Below, piece after piece: positions 28,896-42,498 of a stretch of DNA of 64,000 bases. The notes beneath the pieces were generated by a model. It had not been told where the DNA came from. It did not search any database and was given only the letters and a program-made list of their open reading frames with translations. Both the position numbers and the translations under genes were made by a program. Origin of the DNA: Piromyces finnis finn (lineage: Eukaryota > Fungi > Neocallimastigomycota); contig MCFH01000036.1 of the NCBI GenBank assembly GCA_002104945.1, forward strand, positions 62,001-126,000, written 5' to 3'. Position 1 is the stretch's first letter. Every line of letters starts with the position of its first letter.

Positions 28896-29199
28896 AAATG
28901 ATTTCAAGTATATCAAAAAAAACCAAAACAGCAAAAAAAGTTATATATATACATAAATTTATATATTATCACATAATTATTTATTTCAAATTATAAACTA
29001 TTGATAATATCTTTAAAAATAAATACCTTTTAAAATAAGTCTATGTTTTTTATATCATTATTATTATTATTACTATTATTACTTAACAGTATTATCCGTT
29101 TATTTATATAAAATGAAATTAATATACTCTATATATATATATTAAACAATTTTTTTTTTTTTAGTAGATAATTTAAATATAATAATATAATATTATTGT

Positions 29200-29233
<34 letters not shown>

Positions 29234-30975
29234 GTCAAAGTATTTTTCATAAATATTTTTTTAAAACAAACAAAAAAAAAATCTTAATAGAAATAGTAAT
29301 TTATTTTGATTTTTGTAATATCTTTAATAAATAAAAAAAATTCCTTTTTTTTAACTATTATTATAATTAAAATTTTAAATACCCAAATACTGAATAAATT
29401 AATGTATTGATTTAAATATATAAATATATTTATTATTATGAAATACTTGAACACATAAAATAAAATATTTGATTATAAATATTGTATAATGAAAAATCCT
29501 AATGTTACAAAAACCAGGGAATATCAAAGTGGTTTTAGAAAATTAATCAACATTCATTAATAATATAAAAATGAAAAATAAATATAAAAATTTATAATAT
29601 ATATAATATATATATAATATGCAAAAAATATTGAACTTTTATAATCTTAAATAAAAGTATATAATTCGATAATGCATTAGATTATATTTTTTATGAAAAT
29701 ATAAGAATATATAGATTGTATTTAAGCATTTATCATTTTTTATTTTATTCTTTTTTTTTTAAATCAAAATATATTAATGTTAATCTAACCATTAGAAAAA
29801 AATTTTTTTTTATATAATAGATTAAATAAAAGTTAAGAAAAAGAAATTAAATAAAGAATAATCTTAGCATAATTTAAAATAAATATATATATATATTCAA
29901 GTTGAATTGCATTTTTTACAAAATTTAAAATATATATATATATATTCTAGTTGAATTGCATTTTTTTATATATAATTTAAATACTTTCTTATACATACAT
30001 TCTTTGGTTTATTAACAAAGTATATATTTTTATAATTTTTTATTTTATTAAAAAATAATTAAATTTTATTGTTTTTTTTTTTTTTTTTATTTTCTATTTA
30101 AATAATATTACTTTTTAAATAAAAATTGGGATGCTACTTATTTTAATATTTTTTTATCATTCATAGGTGAATTTTTTTTTTTTTAGACTAGGAAGAGAAT
30201 ACAATTTATTTATTTAATTTGTGATATTACATAATATTAGGTGATAATACATATTGATATAGTAAATAATAAATAAAAGTAATGAAATATAAATAAAATA
30301 AAATAAAATAATTATTTAAGTTGCATAAAAGTTCAATGAACTCTGCAATTTGTACTGTGTGGGATTTGTCCCTACCTAATAAATTAAATGAAATAAAAAA
30401 AATAAGTAACATCAGGTATGATAATGTGATGTCCACTAAACTCTCCCATGAGTTCATAATGTTTTCATTCAATGTTAGTATTTCATAGGTGAAAATAGAG
30501 AGAAAAAAAAAGGGGGGTTATTAACTTTAAAAAAGTATTTAAAATTACAAAATTAATATATGAAAATATTTTTTTTATGAAAAATTACAAAACATCATGT
30601 TTTTTGTTCCATACATAATGATAATAATAAATAATGTAATTAAAATATTATATATTTATGTGTTATCGATAACAATATGAAAAATAAATAAGCAAAATAA
30701 ACCATTTCAGTAAGCAATACATAAAGAACAAATATTAATTATTAAATAGATTTATTTTTAAATAAGTTTTAAATTATATATACATTTAACTACTTTTTTT
30801 TTTTTTTTTCTTAATTTAATGTAAAGATATCATTTATATAGTTATTATATAAATTATATTAAATAGCTTTATTGTTCTTATTTTTTTTTACTAATAATCA
30901 TCGATATATAGAATAATAAAATATTATAATTCTATGTAATAATATATATTTTTTCTATTAATTTGATTAAATTGA

Positions 30976-32880
30976 TTATAACACCATAGATGGATAAGTT
31001 TCTTTGACCTTTTCCCAAAATTCTGGTTTAGTATAGCGTAAAGCATCTGGATCTTCACAAAGACAAACAAAGGTAGTAGCTACACCAGAATTTATAACTT
31101 GTGCTACTACTGAGAAAATCATCAAACCAATTAAGAAGGCAATAATTCCAAATATAATATAAGCAGCAAGTTCTTCAATATCCAAAATAATAAAACCAAT
31201 AGCACAAGTAACAACAGCTGATAAGCAACCTACAGTAATTCCACCAATGGATAATACATTTCCAATGAGATTATCATTAATTATAGCTTCAATACCACGA
31301 GATTTACAAATTTCCCATGTATCCTTAGCAGCTTCACAATAAGATTTTCCATAGATAGCAACTTCAGTAAAAGCATAAACATTAAAGTATTCAATCATGT
31401 CACCAATACAGGAAAGAATACATTCAATACAACAAGCAAGAAGAGCAAGAATACTATTACCTTCATCTGATGCTTGTTCCTTTGTTTGACGTGCTATTGC
31501 TTCTAATGTTTGAATAATAGCAATAATTAAGCTACCATAGCAAATAGGTCCAAAACTTGTTGTAACAGCACGCTTAAATGATTTCATTGTTGGATTCTTA
31601 ACACTAATCTCAATCTTATTGGTACCTGGTTCAACAACACCACAGAAATAATATGTTGCAAAAACACCAGCAATAGTAACATGAACCGTGTTATTAATAA
31701 CTTGAGAACTGAAATAGAATGAGAATAAAAGGAATACATAAACGACATAGGCAACACCATCACCTTTATTTTGGAAATAAGAAATAGCTGCAACTAATGT
31801 CACAGTAATAAAAGAGTACCATATGGCTGCTACAATACATCCAAGGAAACCAACAAAAATGGTTGCTGGGTATTTTTTGGTAACAGTAGTTACAGTCTTC
31901 AACATAATTTTTGCAAATGGGATTCTTGATCTCCAGAGGAAGAAGCATAAAGCATAAAGTATTGCACAAACAAGCATAAGACCTCCCATAATTGGACTAA
32001 CTATAAAAGCAATGACGGCATAAATAAGATTAAGAATAATAGAAATAATAAAAGTACCCTTGATCATTTTTCCTGGATATTTTTGCATTAAAGTCATGTA
32101 TAATAATGTTAAAAGAGCAGAGCCAACTATACCAGAACCAACCATAGTAAATATATCTACGGCTGATGTACCAGATTTACTTCTTTTATAATATTTACTT
32201 GAACTATTTCCACCATAATTATTACCACTATAATTATTTCCACTATAATTACTATCATTGTTGTTATATCCAGAACTGTCACCATCCAAAACATTATCTG
32301 TATCCATATTAATTATTGAAACACCAGCAATTACAATTGTAATAACCACAGTTAAAATATAAAGAATAGTAGCCCAAACATCTTTATATTGTGGTTTTTC
32401 ATTGAATTCAATTTTGGATTTTTTATAGTCATTGCTTTCTTCATTAATTAAGACAGAACTACTATTATTATTGTTATTATTATTTGTTTTACCAGTATTT
32501 GTTAATTCAATTGCTGAAATATCACCATTAAATGGTGGAGGAGGTTGAGATTGATTATTAGGAGGATAGCTTGGTCCTGGTCCACCCATTTGAGGTGGTT
32601 GTTCATAAGGTGGTTGACTATATTGAGGTTGTGGTTGTCCATAAGGTGGTTGACCGTATTGAGGTTGTGGTTGTCCATAAGGTGGTTGACCATATGGAGG
32701 TTGACCGTATTGAGGTTGTGATTGTCCATAAGGTGGTTGACCATATGGAGGTTGACCGTATTGAGGTTGTGGTTGTCCATATGGAGGTTGTGGTTGTCCA
32801 TAAGGAGGTTGACCATATGGAGGTTGTTCATATCCATATGGTGGTTGTTGACCATATGGAGGTTGCTGTCCATCACTCAT
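30976..32880 (-). CDS. PNS1: Choline transporter-like (CTL/SLC44, Pns1) membrane protein, copy 1, with N-terminal QPPYG repeats
   Basis: Intronless 634-aa ORF with [13 protein letters not shown], about 10 hydrophobic segments, [21 protein letters not shown] and [25 protein letters not shown], which are hallmark CTL/Pns1 motifs. Confidence 0.9.
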   Translation of the reverse strand: MSDGQQPPYGQQPPYGYEQPPYGQPPYGQPQPPYGQPQPQYGQPPYGQPPYGQSQPQYGQPPYGQPPYGQPQPQYGQPPYGQPQPQYSQPPYEQPPQMGGPGPSYPPNNQSQPPPPFNGDISAIELTNTGKTNNNNNNNSSSVLINEESNDYKKSKIEFNEKPQYKDVWATILYILTVVITIVIAGVSIINMDTDNVLDGDSSGYNNNDSNYSGNNYSGNNYGGNSSSKYYKRSKSGTSAVDIFTMVGSGIVGSALLTLLYMTLMQKYPGKMIKGTFIISIILNLIYAVIAFIVSPIMGGLMLVCAILYALCFFLWRSRIPFAKIMLKTVTTVTKKYPATIFVGFLGCIVAAIWYSFITVTLVAAISYFQNKGDGVAYVVYVFLLFSFYFSSQVINNTVHVTIAGVFATYYFCGVVEPGTNKIEISVKNPTMKSFKRAVTTSFGPICYGSLIIAIIQTLEAIARQTKEQASDEGNSILALLACCIECILSCIGDMIEYFNVYAFTEVAIYGKSYCEAAKDTWEICKSRGIEAIINDNLIGNVLSIGGITVGCLSAVVTCAIGFIILDIEELAAYIIFGIIAFLIGLMIFSVVAQVINSGVATTFVCLCEDPDALRYTKPEFWEKVKETYPSMVL

Positions 32881-33340
32881 TTTTTTATTAAATATATATA
32901 TATATAATTGTAATTAATTTTAAAAACTTCTATAGTATATAATATTTTATATTTTCAAAATTTTGATTAATTCTTCAAATATATATTATTAAGGGTTTAA
33001 TGTTTTATTTAAAAATATATTCAAATATATTTATTAAAAACTAATATTAAGAAAAATATAATACACTTTGAATTTAGATTTTTTAATATTAAAATCTCCC
33101 TTTTTGTTTTTATTTTATATTTATATATATTATTTTAATATTAAAGTTTAAATTAACTAAATAAATCTTAATTTTATTATTTACTTACTTAATTATAAAT
33201 ATTTTAATTGAATTATGACTTTTAGAAATATATAAAGGTTTTAATTTGTATTACAATAGTCGTTATTTATGCACTAAAATAGGTTGAAAATATTTAACAT
33301 AATAACCTGTCAAAAAATAATATATATATAAATTTTATTT

Positions 33341-33341
<1 letters not shown>

Positions 33342-33411
<70 letters not shown>

Positions 33412-33490
33412 TAATAATAATAATAATTAGAGTAATAATAATAATTAGAGTAATAATAATAATAATAATAATAAATAATAATAATAATAA
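33342..33490. repeat. (AAT)n microsatellite with TTAGAG interruptions
   Basis: AAT array containing two TTAGAG variants spaced 18 nt apart. Confidence 0.95.
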
Positions 33491-34159
33491 AATCTATTTA
33501 TAATTAAATTAGTCAATATATAATAAAGGAGAAAATTGTTCAAATAAAAAGAAATAATTTAAGAATATAGTTAAAAGTCTAAATTAAAAATATTTAGATA
33601 CTTTTTTTAATCATATTTTTCATATTTTTATTCTTTACATTTTATATCTATTTCCTTCAACTCATAATTTTCGAAATTTTTTTAAAGGAAGAATATATAT
33701 AACTAGACATAATATTATGTCTAGTAATATAATCATTTCTATATATATGTAAAAATTTAATATAGTATAAATGAATGATCCATAAAATTCTGATATATTA
33801 ATTATTGAAATTATTTCTTTAATTAAAAAAACTTCTTATATCAGTAAAGTTCAATTTACTAAAGCTAGAAGAGACATTTAGATATTTAGAAAATAGAGAA
33901 ATATTGAAGCATAATAAAATTTTTAATAAAAATATTTATTTTTTGTATATAATACTAATATAAAAAATCAAAGAAAAATATATAAAAGCTCAATAATAAT
34001 GTATTTTAATATTATATTTTATTATATATTATTATTATTATTGTCTTTAAATTTATTTAATAAAATTTAATAGAAAAAAAAAAGTATAAATTGTTATATA
34101 TTATATATTAAAATTTTCTTTTCAATGTAACCTTTTTTTTATTTATTTTATTTAGCTAG

Positions 34160-34256
34160 TTATTTGAGTAATAAAAGAAATTTTAATGTTTATAATAGAT
34201 AAAGAAATCTTCAACAATTTAAACAAAACATTGAATAAAGTTTTATAGCAGAGTTT

Positions 34257-34291
<35 letters not shown>

Positions 34292-34700
34292 AAGAAAAAG
34301 AAATTTAACTAAATTAATAAATAAAAAGTAAATATAACATATGTAAAAAACTAAATTCATAATAAAATAAGTAAATTGCAAATGAAAAAAAGAAATTTAT
34401 CTAAATTACAATCATTATTAGTATATAATAAAATACAAATAATATTAATTAGTATTTTGAAAATGGCTAAATTAGAAGAAATTATTATAGATTGTAATGT
34501 TTTATCTACATTATTAAAAGATGATAGATCATATTTAAAATCAAGAAGAAAAAAAATAGTTTTTATTTCAAAACTAAAATTACTTTAAATATTATAATAT
34601 TCTTTATTACATTAGGTAAAGATAATTATTCACTTCCAGAGTATGAATTTATGAATTATTTTGATTATAGTTTTTCTATATCAAAATAATATTGTTTTGT
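34160..34700 (+). pseudogene. Remnant of the C-terminal cap of the local LRR gene family
   Basis: IIIDCNVLSTLLKDDRSYLKSRRKKIVFISKLK, then LITLGKDNYSLPEYEFMNYFDYS after a stop, aligns with the C-terminus of the intact LRR at 53703 ([14 protein letters not shown]...KIILFLKSK...[22 protein letters not shown]). Confidence 0.75.
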
Positions 34701-36280
34701 TATTAAAATGTAATATATATATAAATAAGCGAAAATTTATATTTAATTAAACTATGTTATGGAATGTTATTAATATTCATGGTTTTTCAAAAAGTTTCTA
34801 CTGACTGATAATTGAAAGATATAGGCGTGATACAAGTTTAATGCTAAACCTTTTATGTTGCAGAAAAGGGTAATTAAAGTATTATCATTAATAAACCAAG
34901 TATCTAATATTTACATACTCTTTTAATATTCAAAATAATAATAAATAAATAAATAAATAAATAATAAATATTGAAATTTTTAATCCAGATCATTAATTAT
35001 AATAATAAAAAATAATTAAATAGAATCAACAACAATAATTTTTATTTTTTCCTTTTTCTTTCCTTTTTTAATATTATATGATTTTTATTAAAAGTCATTA
35101 ATTTTAGCTTTTATAAGTATGTTAATTTTGTAATTGATAATTAAGAATAAACAACTATAAGCACTTACTCTTATTTTTATTTTCATAGTAATATTATTAA
35201 CCCTCACAATATATTTATTATAACTCAATACTTTTTAAGGATGTATATTCCATATTTTTAACAGTTTTTAATGTATTACAATTGTCATCATGATATATAA
35301 AGAGTAAAAAGAATTATAATTATTCATTCAAAAAGCAAAATAATATATTGTTATTTCAAAATTTTTTATTTTTATAGTAATATTTTATTAGAATAATAGT
35401 AGGATATGAAAATGGATAACTTTTAAATATATTTTTTATTTTTTGTGATAGTTACTAACAACTAACCAGAATAATAAATACAAAGCAAATAAACCTATTT
35501 ATATATTTTTAATCATTTTTCTTATAATCCAACCATAATATTTCATATTATATAATATGTACATAAATGTAATTAATTATGTGTTATAATTTATTAATGT
35601 AATTAATATAAATTAAAAAAATTTCATAAATATATTTACTATTTTATTGGATTATTACATGAAATCATTTTTTAACCAATAATGTCTATTGAAATTTAAT
35701 ATATATTATTTAATAAATATTTGGAAACATTTTATTTATTATTGCTATTGGTAGATTAATTTCATTATTAAAGTTTATTTATAATAATATGAAAATAATT
35801 AATGAAAAGAAATTAATTATTGAAAATTTATAAATGCTTTTTCTATAAAATGTGGCTGATAATCTAATTAAAACTATTATAGAAGAATATTCTTAGAATT
35901 GTAAATTAATTATATATTATTAAATATTAATAATCAAAGTTTATAATGTTGGAAAGGATATAAAAAACAAAATAATAATAAAAAGTTATATAAAAAGATG
36001 TCACGAGCTCTAAAGAATTAAAGTGGCTTTATTAAAAATTATATGAAATCCTTTTCATCTAATAATATTTAGTAAAAGATAAAATAAAAAAATAAATAAA
36101 ATATAAATAAAGAATCATTTATTTTTTATTTTTTAAAAAAAAAGAAAAGTAAAATCAAAAGAAATAGTAATAATCATAATAAAATTAGAAAAAAAAAGTA
36201 ATACGGAAAAATAACAGTACCAAAAAATATTAGAAATAAATATAAAGAAGAAGAATATTGGATTATTAATTTTAGATAAA

Positions 36281-38113
36281 ATGGAAAAAGAAAATGTAAT
36301 TGGTAATAATTATTTATGTTAGTGAATACAATTTTATGTTAGAGTTGCCAAAAGAAGAAGGAAATTTTACAAATGGATTTAAATCTTAAATGTAATTTCA
36401 TACCAAAAATACCAATAGAAATAAAAAAACTTAAAACAAATTAACAGATTTAAATCTTGGAAATAATTTAATATCAGAGTTACCAAAAGAAATAGGAGAA
36501 TTGAATAGTCTAATAAACTTAAACATTAGAAACAATGAATTAAGCACTATTCCAAAAGAAATAGGAAATTTGAATAATTTAAAAAATTTAAATTTATCAA
36601 ATAATCGAATATCAAAAATACCAAAAGAAATAGAACAACTGAATAAATTAACAAAATTTAACCTTGGAAATAATGAATTAACAAACATTCCAAAAGAAAT
36701 AGTAAATTTAACCAATTTAAAAGATTTAAATCTTGAATTCAATTTTTTAGAAAAAATACCAAAGGAAATAGGAAAGTTAAAAACTTTAATGGTATTAGAT
36801 CTTATAGATAATAGGTTTTCAGAGATTCCAAAAGAAATACTAAGTTTTAATGAATTAAAAAACTTAAATATTTCGGGAAATCATATATCAGAAATACCGA
36901 AAGAAATAGGGAATTTGAATAAATTAACTGTTTTAGATCTTAGTAATAATTATAAAATAACCGAATTACCAAAAGAAATGGGAAATTTAACCAATTTAAG
37001 TAGTTTAAATCTAAGTTTTAATAAACTAGTTAAATTACCAAAAGAAATAATAAGAAATTTAATGAATTAAAAAACTTTAAATATTTCGGGAAATCATATA
37101 TCAGAAATACCGAAAGAAATAGGAATTTTGAATAAATTAATTGTTTTAGATCTTAGAAATAATTAAAAAAAATAACCAAATTACCAAAAGGAATAGGAAA
37201 TCTAACAAACTTAACCGATTTAAATCATGAATTCAATTATTTAAAAAAAAAATACCGAAGGAAATAGAGAATTTAATCAATTTAACTGTTTTAAATCTTG
37301 AATATAATTATATAGAAAAAATACCAAAGGAAATAGAAAACTTAAGCAATTTAAAATGTTTATATTTTTATTCCAATAAAATAAATGAATTACCAAAGGA
37401 TATAAAAAACTTACCTAAATCAACCGATTATTTTTAAAACATAGCGTTAGAATTTGTTACTAATTGAAATAAGAAATTTAAATATAATAATAATAATAAT
37501 TTATTTTCTTTTTAAATATTATATTTAAGTATTCATTATAATAAATATATTAATTAATTATTTTTATTAATATTATCTTTAATAAAAAGAATTAGTATAA
37601 ATCACTATATATTAAAATCTTATTATTGATGTATTTTCCTTTTCATTATTTATTTTAAATATATATATGCATTATATATATATCTTTTTCATATATATAT
37701 TGATTTTATTATTTAAAAAATTAAAATAAAAATTTGAATGATTTCTTTAAGGGAAAAAAATAATAATAATAAATTAAGACATTTTCATTATAAAAAACAT
37801 TACATCTTTTTAATAAAAGTACCAAAAGAATTAACTAATATAAATCTTAAACATAATTATATGGAGGAGGTACCAAAAGAAATAGAATAAGGAATTTAAC
37901 CATTTTAAAAACTTTAATAACTTTGTATTTAAATAATAATGAAATAAATGAATTACTAGGTAATAAATCAAAATTAATTAAATTAGATATTGATTATTAT
38001 TCATTAGGAAATATAAAACTTTATAGTAAAAAAAAAAAAAAAAAAAAAAAAAGAAATTGTGTAGAAAAGAGTTAATAAAATTTTCCTACCATATAATAAA
38101 AATGCACTCGGAA

Positions 38114-38147
<34 letters not shown>

Positions 38148-38490
38148 ATATAATAAATATAAATGATATAGAAGTAATGAAAATAAATAAAAGTGATAAT
38201 TATTATTTAATAGAATTACAATTGCTTATGTCTAATTTCTCGAAATTACAAAAAATAAATATAATCAATAATAGGATTAAAACTATGCCAAAAGATATTT
38301 TATAAATAGAAAAATTTAAAAAAAAGTTACATAATATTTTATTCTCATTTTTTTTAAAAAAAAAAAAAAAAAAGATAGGTTATATTTTAAATCCAGATAT
38401 TATTGTAAATACTATTATATACCTACTATAATAAGTAAAAAAACATTCACTTTCAAATTATGAGTTATGCATTTTGATTATTCTTCTTTT
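36281..38490 (+). pseudogene. Degraded 23-aa LRR gene (family of 53703/57364)
   Basis: Starts MEKENVIG (cf. MKEENVID), then [10 protein letters not shown]; one 189-aa intact LRR stretch (36501-37070); multiple frameshifts and stops; cap-like remnants to ~38490. Confidence 0.85.
38101..38145 (+). mobile_element. Tiny poly(A)-tailed retroposed insertion with target-site duplication
   Basis: 16-nt body plus A29, flanked by CCATATAATAAA at 38089-38100 and 38146-38157. Removing it restores the LRR cap frame (YHIININDIEVM). Confidence 0.75.
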
Positions 38491-39092
38491 TATACATTAT
38501 AAAAATTTTAAAACTCATTATTATAATAATGTTTTTTTTTCTTTCATATTATTATCTTTTTAAAAAATAATTGTAATCAACATTTTTTTTTCTTTTTCTT
38601 ACTAAATTAAATTTGCATTTCTTCTTCTTCAGTATAAATATATATATGAAAGAAAAAGAAAAATAATATAAACACTTTAAATTAAATATTGATTTTGACA
38701 CACGCCACTATCTTATCTATATATTCATTAATTATTATAGAATAAAAATAAAAAAAAAAATCTTTAAATTTTTTAAATTTTTTGTGTAACTATCATGTAA
38801 CTTTATAATATTTTTCTTTTTTCTTTAATCCTATTTTAAAATTATAAAAAGTGCCTAATAAAATAGTTATGCAACAAATATATTGATGTTTATATTATTT
38901 TAGTATCTAATATTCTCACATCTCACCTAATATTAACATTTTTTACATATTTATAATATTATAATTATTACTGAAATTCAAACATTAGATTTCACAATAA
39001 TAAAGGGAGAGATACTAATTCTATATTGTAGAAATAGTAGAAAATAATTCATGCTATAGAGTTTATTATACGATATATATAGTGAGAGTTAA

Positions 39093-39222
39093 TAAACCAG
39101 CAATATTTCTATATAAGAGTAATCTTATTTAAAAAGGTTAAGAAAAAAATTAAGATATAAACCAGCAATAATTCTATATAAGAGTAATCTTATTTAAAAA
39201 GGTAAAGAAAAAAATTAAGATA
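39093..39222. repeat. Tandem duplication of a ~65-bp unit
   Basis: TAAACCAGCAATA...TAAGATA starts at 39093 and again at 39158, with about 3 differences. Confidence 0.85.
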
Positions 39223-41948
39223 TATATTAAATAAGCAATTACAATTATTATAAAAAAATAAATATACTAATAATGAAGTACCTTTTTTTGTTCAACTATA
39301 TTTTATAATTTAAATTTATTTATTATAAGATTATTTTTTTAATTTTTATTTAAATTTAAATTGATTGATTTATTCTAATCCTTTATTCTCATTCTAAGTT
39401 TAATCATTTTACTTTTTTTAACTTTATTGTATAAATTATTCTCCCATTGTTAAAAAAAAAAAAAAACTAACTTTAGAAATAAAATAATGATAATTAATAT
39501 AAAAATTTTTTTATTACTAATTAAATATTTTTTGAAAAAGGAATTTTTTTTTAAGACTAAAGGTGTTATTATCAAGTTTAGATTCACAAGTGGATTGATA
39601 AGAAGGAAAGAAAAAATAAGTTATCTGTAAAAATAAAATACATTCCAAAATGTTTTATGTATTTTCTTATGCAATTGTATTTTATAAAATTATAGATTAA
39701 TATTGTGCCAATATATATTTAAAAATAAATATAAATAAATAAAAGAATATTAAACCCCAAATAATTATATAAATAAATTTTAAGTGTAGATTTATTTTTG
39801 ACAGTGTTATCTATATAACAAAACTTTAATATTTATAAGCAATTATATAATAGAATAAATAGGTTAGAATATAAAAATTTAATCTATTGTTTTTGTTTAG
39901 TTTATATATTGATTACTTTTACGAAAAAAAAATCACATAATGAAATAGTGATGATTAATAGTAAATAAATAAATGTTTATATTTTAAGCTTGTAAAGAAA
40001 GAATTTTATAATTTTATTATAAAATTCTTTCTTTATAATTAATTTCCTTTTTTTATATAGGTCTTACTAAAACACAACAATATTATTTGTTTTTTTTTTT
40101 CGTTCACTATGTTAATAAGACAGTTAGATATAACAGATTTTATTTATGTATTCCATTTAATAAAACATATTTAAATTTATTACTTTTTTTTTTTTTTTTA
40201 TTATTTTATGTTTATCTTAAATAATATTGGTTTATTCTATGTATTTTATAATAAAATACCTCTTTTTTTTTGCTTATTAAATTTTATAGTTTATTTAAAC
40301 ATAACCTAATTATTTGAAAGTAATATATATGAATGATATTATCTAATTTGTTGTAATACCTATTTTATTATTTATAATGTAGATTTATATTATGCACTTT
40401 ATTTTTTTTAATCCTTTCTAAAAAAGATCTAAAATTTTTATTTTTTTTTTATATTTTATTTTAATAGCAAATATTCCACTTATTGATATAAATAAATAAA
40501 AACTTTAATAATCAATGTTCAGCCAAGATATTCATTATTAAAATTTTGTTTTATTTTCCGCTATATAAAAATTAATTATTCCTATAGATTATAAACTCAA
40601 AAAATTAGATGATGATAAAAATAATATTTAAAACTATAAATAGAAATGCTATTCTTTATTTTTGAATAATATCTTTTAATTAATTAGTCAATTAAAAACT
40701 TTTAATATTAAATTAAGTAGAAACAATACTATTCAGCAGCTAATGATTTTTTAAGGTTATTATTTATAAACAGACGATTATATTAACATAATTAATGTAA
40801 TCTGTAATTTTTTAATCATTGAAAAAAGTAAACACTAAATGGATAACTTTATATAAATAAATAAAACTCACAACACTATATATATAATAAATTAAATTTA
40901 CATTTTTTTTTTCAATAATATAAAGTGTAAACAATAAATGAATTTATTTAGTTGACCTGGATTTTATATCTTTTTTTTTATTATTATTCTAATTTTACAA
41001 ATAACTATCAAGGATTTAAATCTTTTTTTTTTTTTTTTATTATTATTCTAATTTTACATAGTATGTACTGTACTATTAGTATTATTTGTAAATACATTTT
41101 CAAGACTGTTACATTGTTTATTAATAAACCAATTAGACTAATATTTCTTTCTTTTACATTCATTCTATCTTACTTATTTTGTATACATTTTTTCGTAATG
41201 GAATAGACTTTTAATGGTGGGTTACATTACTAATGAAAAGTGCTATTTTATTTTCCTTTTTATTTTTATATATCCCTATCCTAATGGTATATGTATATAT
41301 TTCTATTATTTTAAAGTTAGTATTATTGATAAAAGTTAATATAATATACATTAAATAGAATAATGAGTACTTTATATATTATATAATAGTAATATTTTCT
41401 TTGTATATTTTGTTAAAAACTTTAAATAATAATTGGGGAATTTATTTGGTAATTTAATAAATTTCTTATTATTTAAAGTTAATTAAAAAGATAGTAAAAT
41501 TTAATATATCAATGAAATTATATATTAAATTATGGAAAAAAATAAATTTAATAAAAAAATTAATATTTTATTTTATATATAAAATAAATTAAATATTTAT
41601 TATATTATATTCCTACTATATGCTCCAATATTTTTATTAATTTAAGTAAATGGAAAAATGAATAGTAATTTGGAAAGATGAATAGTTTAATTTATTATGC
41701 AATATATTACCATTAAATTATTAATATATATTAAATGGAAAATTAAATATAAAACATTTCTACAATTTTTGAGGAAATAAAAAAATATTGTTTAGACTTT
41801 AATTAAAAAGTAATGAATCATTTTTTAATGATTAATTATAGATGACATAAGGGTAAATAAAACGATGATAATAGTAAATGAGAATAAAACAATTAAAACG
41901 ATGATAATAGAAAAGGAGAATAAAACAATATATTTATGAAATATACCA

Positions 41949-42498
41949 GTCGTTCCAGTTTCTATCCTGGTTGTTAAGACCCCCGCTTAGCATTCATAAG
42001 GCTTCTGGTTCGACCCCCGCCATTGACAGTTCTTTAGCGATTTTCCTGTTTCAGGTTTGCGCTTAAAGTATAGGGGTTAAAGGTCAATTCAGGTAAGTAT
42101 AACTATACCACCGGACTCTACCCTAAGCAGTTAATTCAGATTGGTAGTTTTCTCCGTATCAAGCGGTTTTCCCACTGAAGTTTAGAGTATATGTAGGAAG
42201 GGGTATCAATTAATTCACAGATTACTAACTATGGTCTTTGAGGGTTGTTCTCATCGTTAATCATCCTTCGCCAATAAAGGTTCAGGAGATCACTGGTGTT
42301 GGTAGCTCGGTCTTTGTGTGATAGGATCGTTAAGAGCAATAAGCCATTCCATATTAGCCCTGCCCAGAGGGATGATTGTGCCGACGTCGTTCTGATATGG
42401 CAATGTACAATAATGTACAATCACATACCATATATAACTCAGGGGGGGTTAGATGAGGATATATGGAAGTCTAAAAAAAAAAAAAAAAAAAAAAAAAA
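41949..42498 (+). mobile_element. Probable tRNA-derived SINE (tRNA-like head, GC-richer body, poly(A) tail, 13-bp TSD)
   Basis: TSD ATGAAATATACCA at 41936-41948 and 42498-42510; A26 tail at 42473-42498; B-box GGTTCGACCCC at 42007-42017 about 60 nt from the 5' end; no run of 5 or more T in the body; GC content far above the flanks. Confidence 0.8.

Noticed and set aside
30120-30540. Slightly GC-richer patch with an 81-aa minus-strand ORF and a repeated CATAGGTGAA
   Set aside because: No recognisable protein motif, terminal repeats or TSD; possibly old TE debris but unsupported.
42110-42135. CTACCCTAA as a possible telomerase RNA template within the SINE-like element
   Set aside because: It does not match the CTAACCCTAA needed for TTAGGG, and no other telomerase RNA features are visible.
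42350-42380. ATTAGCCCTGCCCAGAGGGATGA resembles the U6 snRNA internal stem-loop region
   Set aside because: Short gapped similarity only, with no ACAGAGA box; an Infernal search would be needed to revive it.
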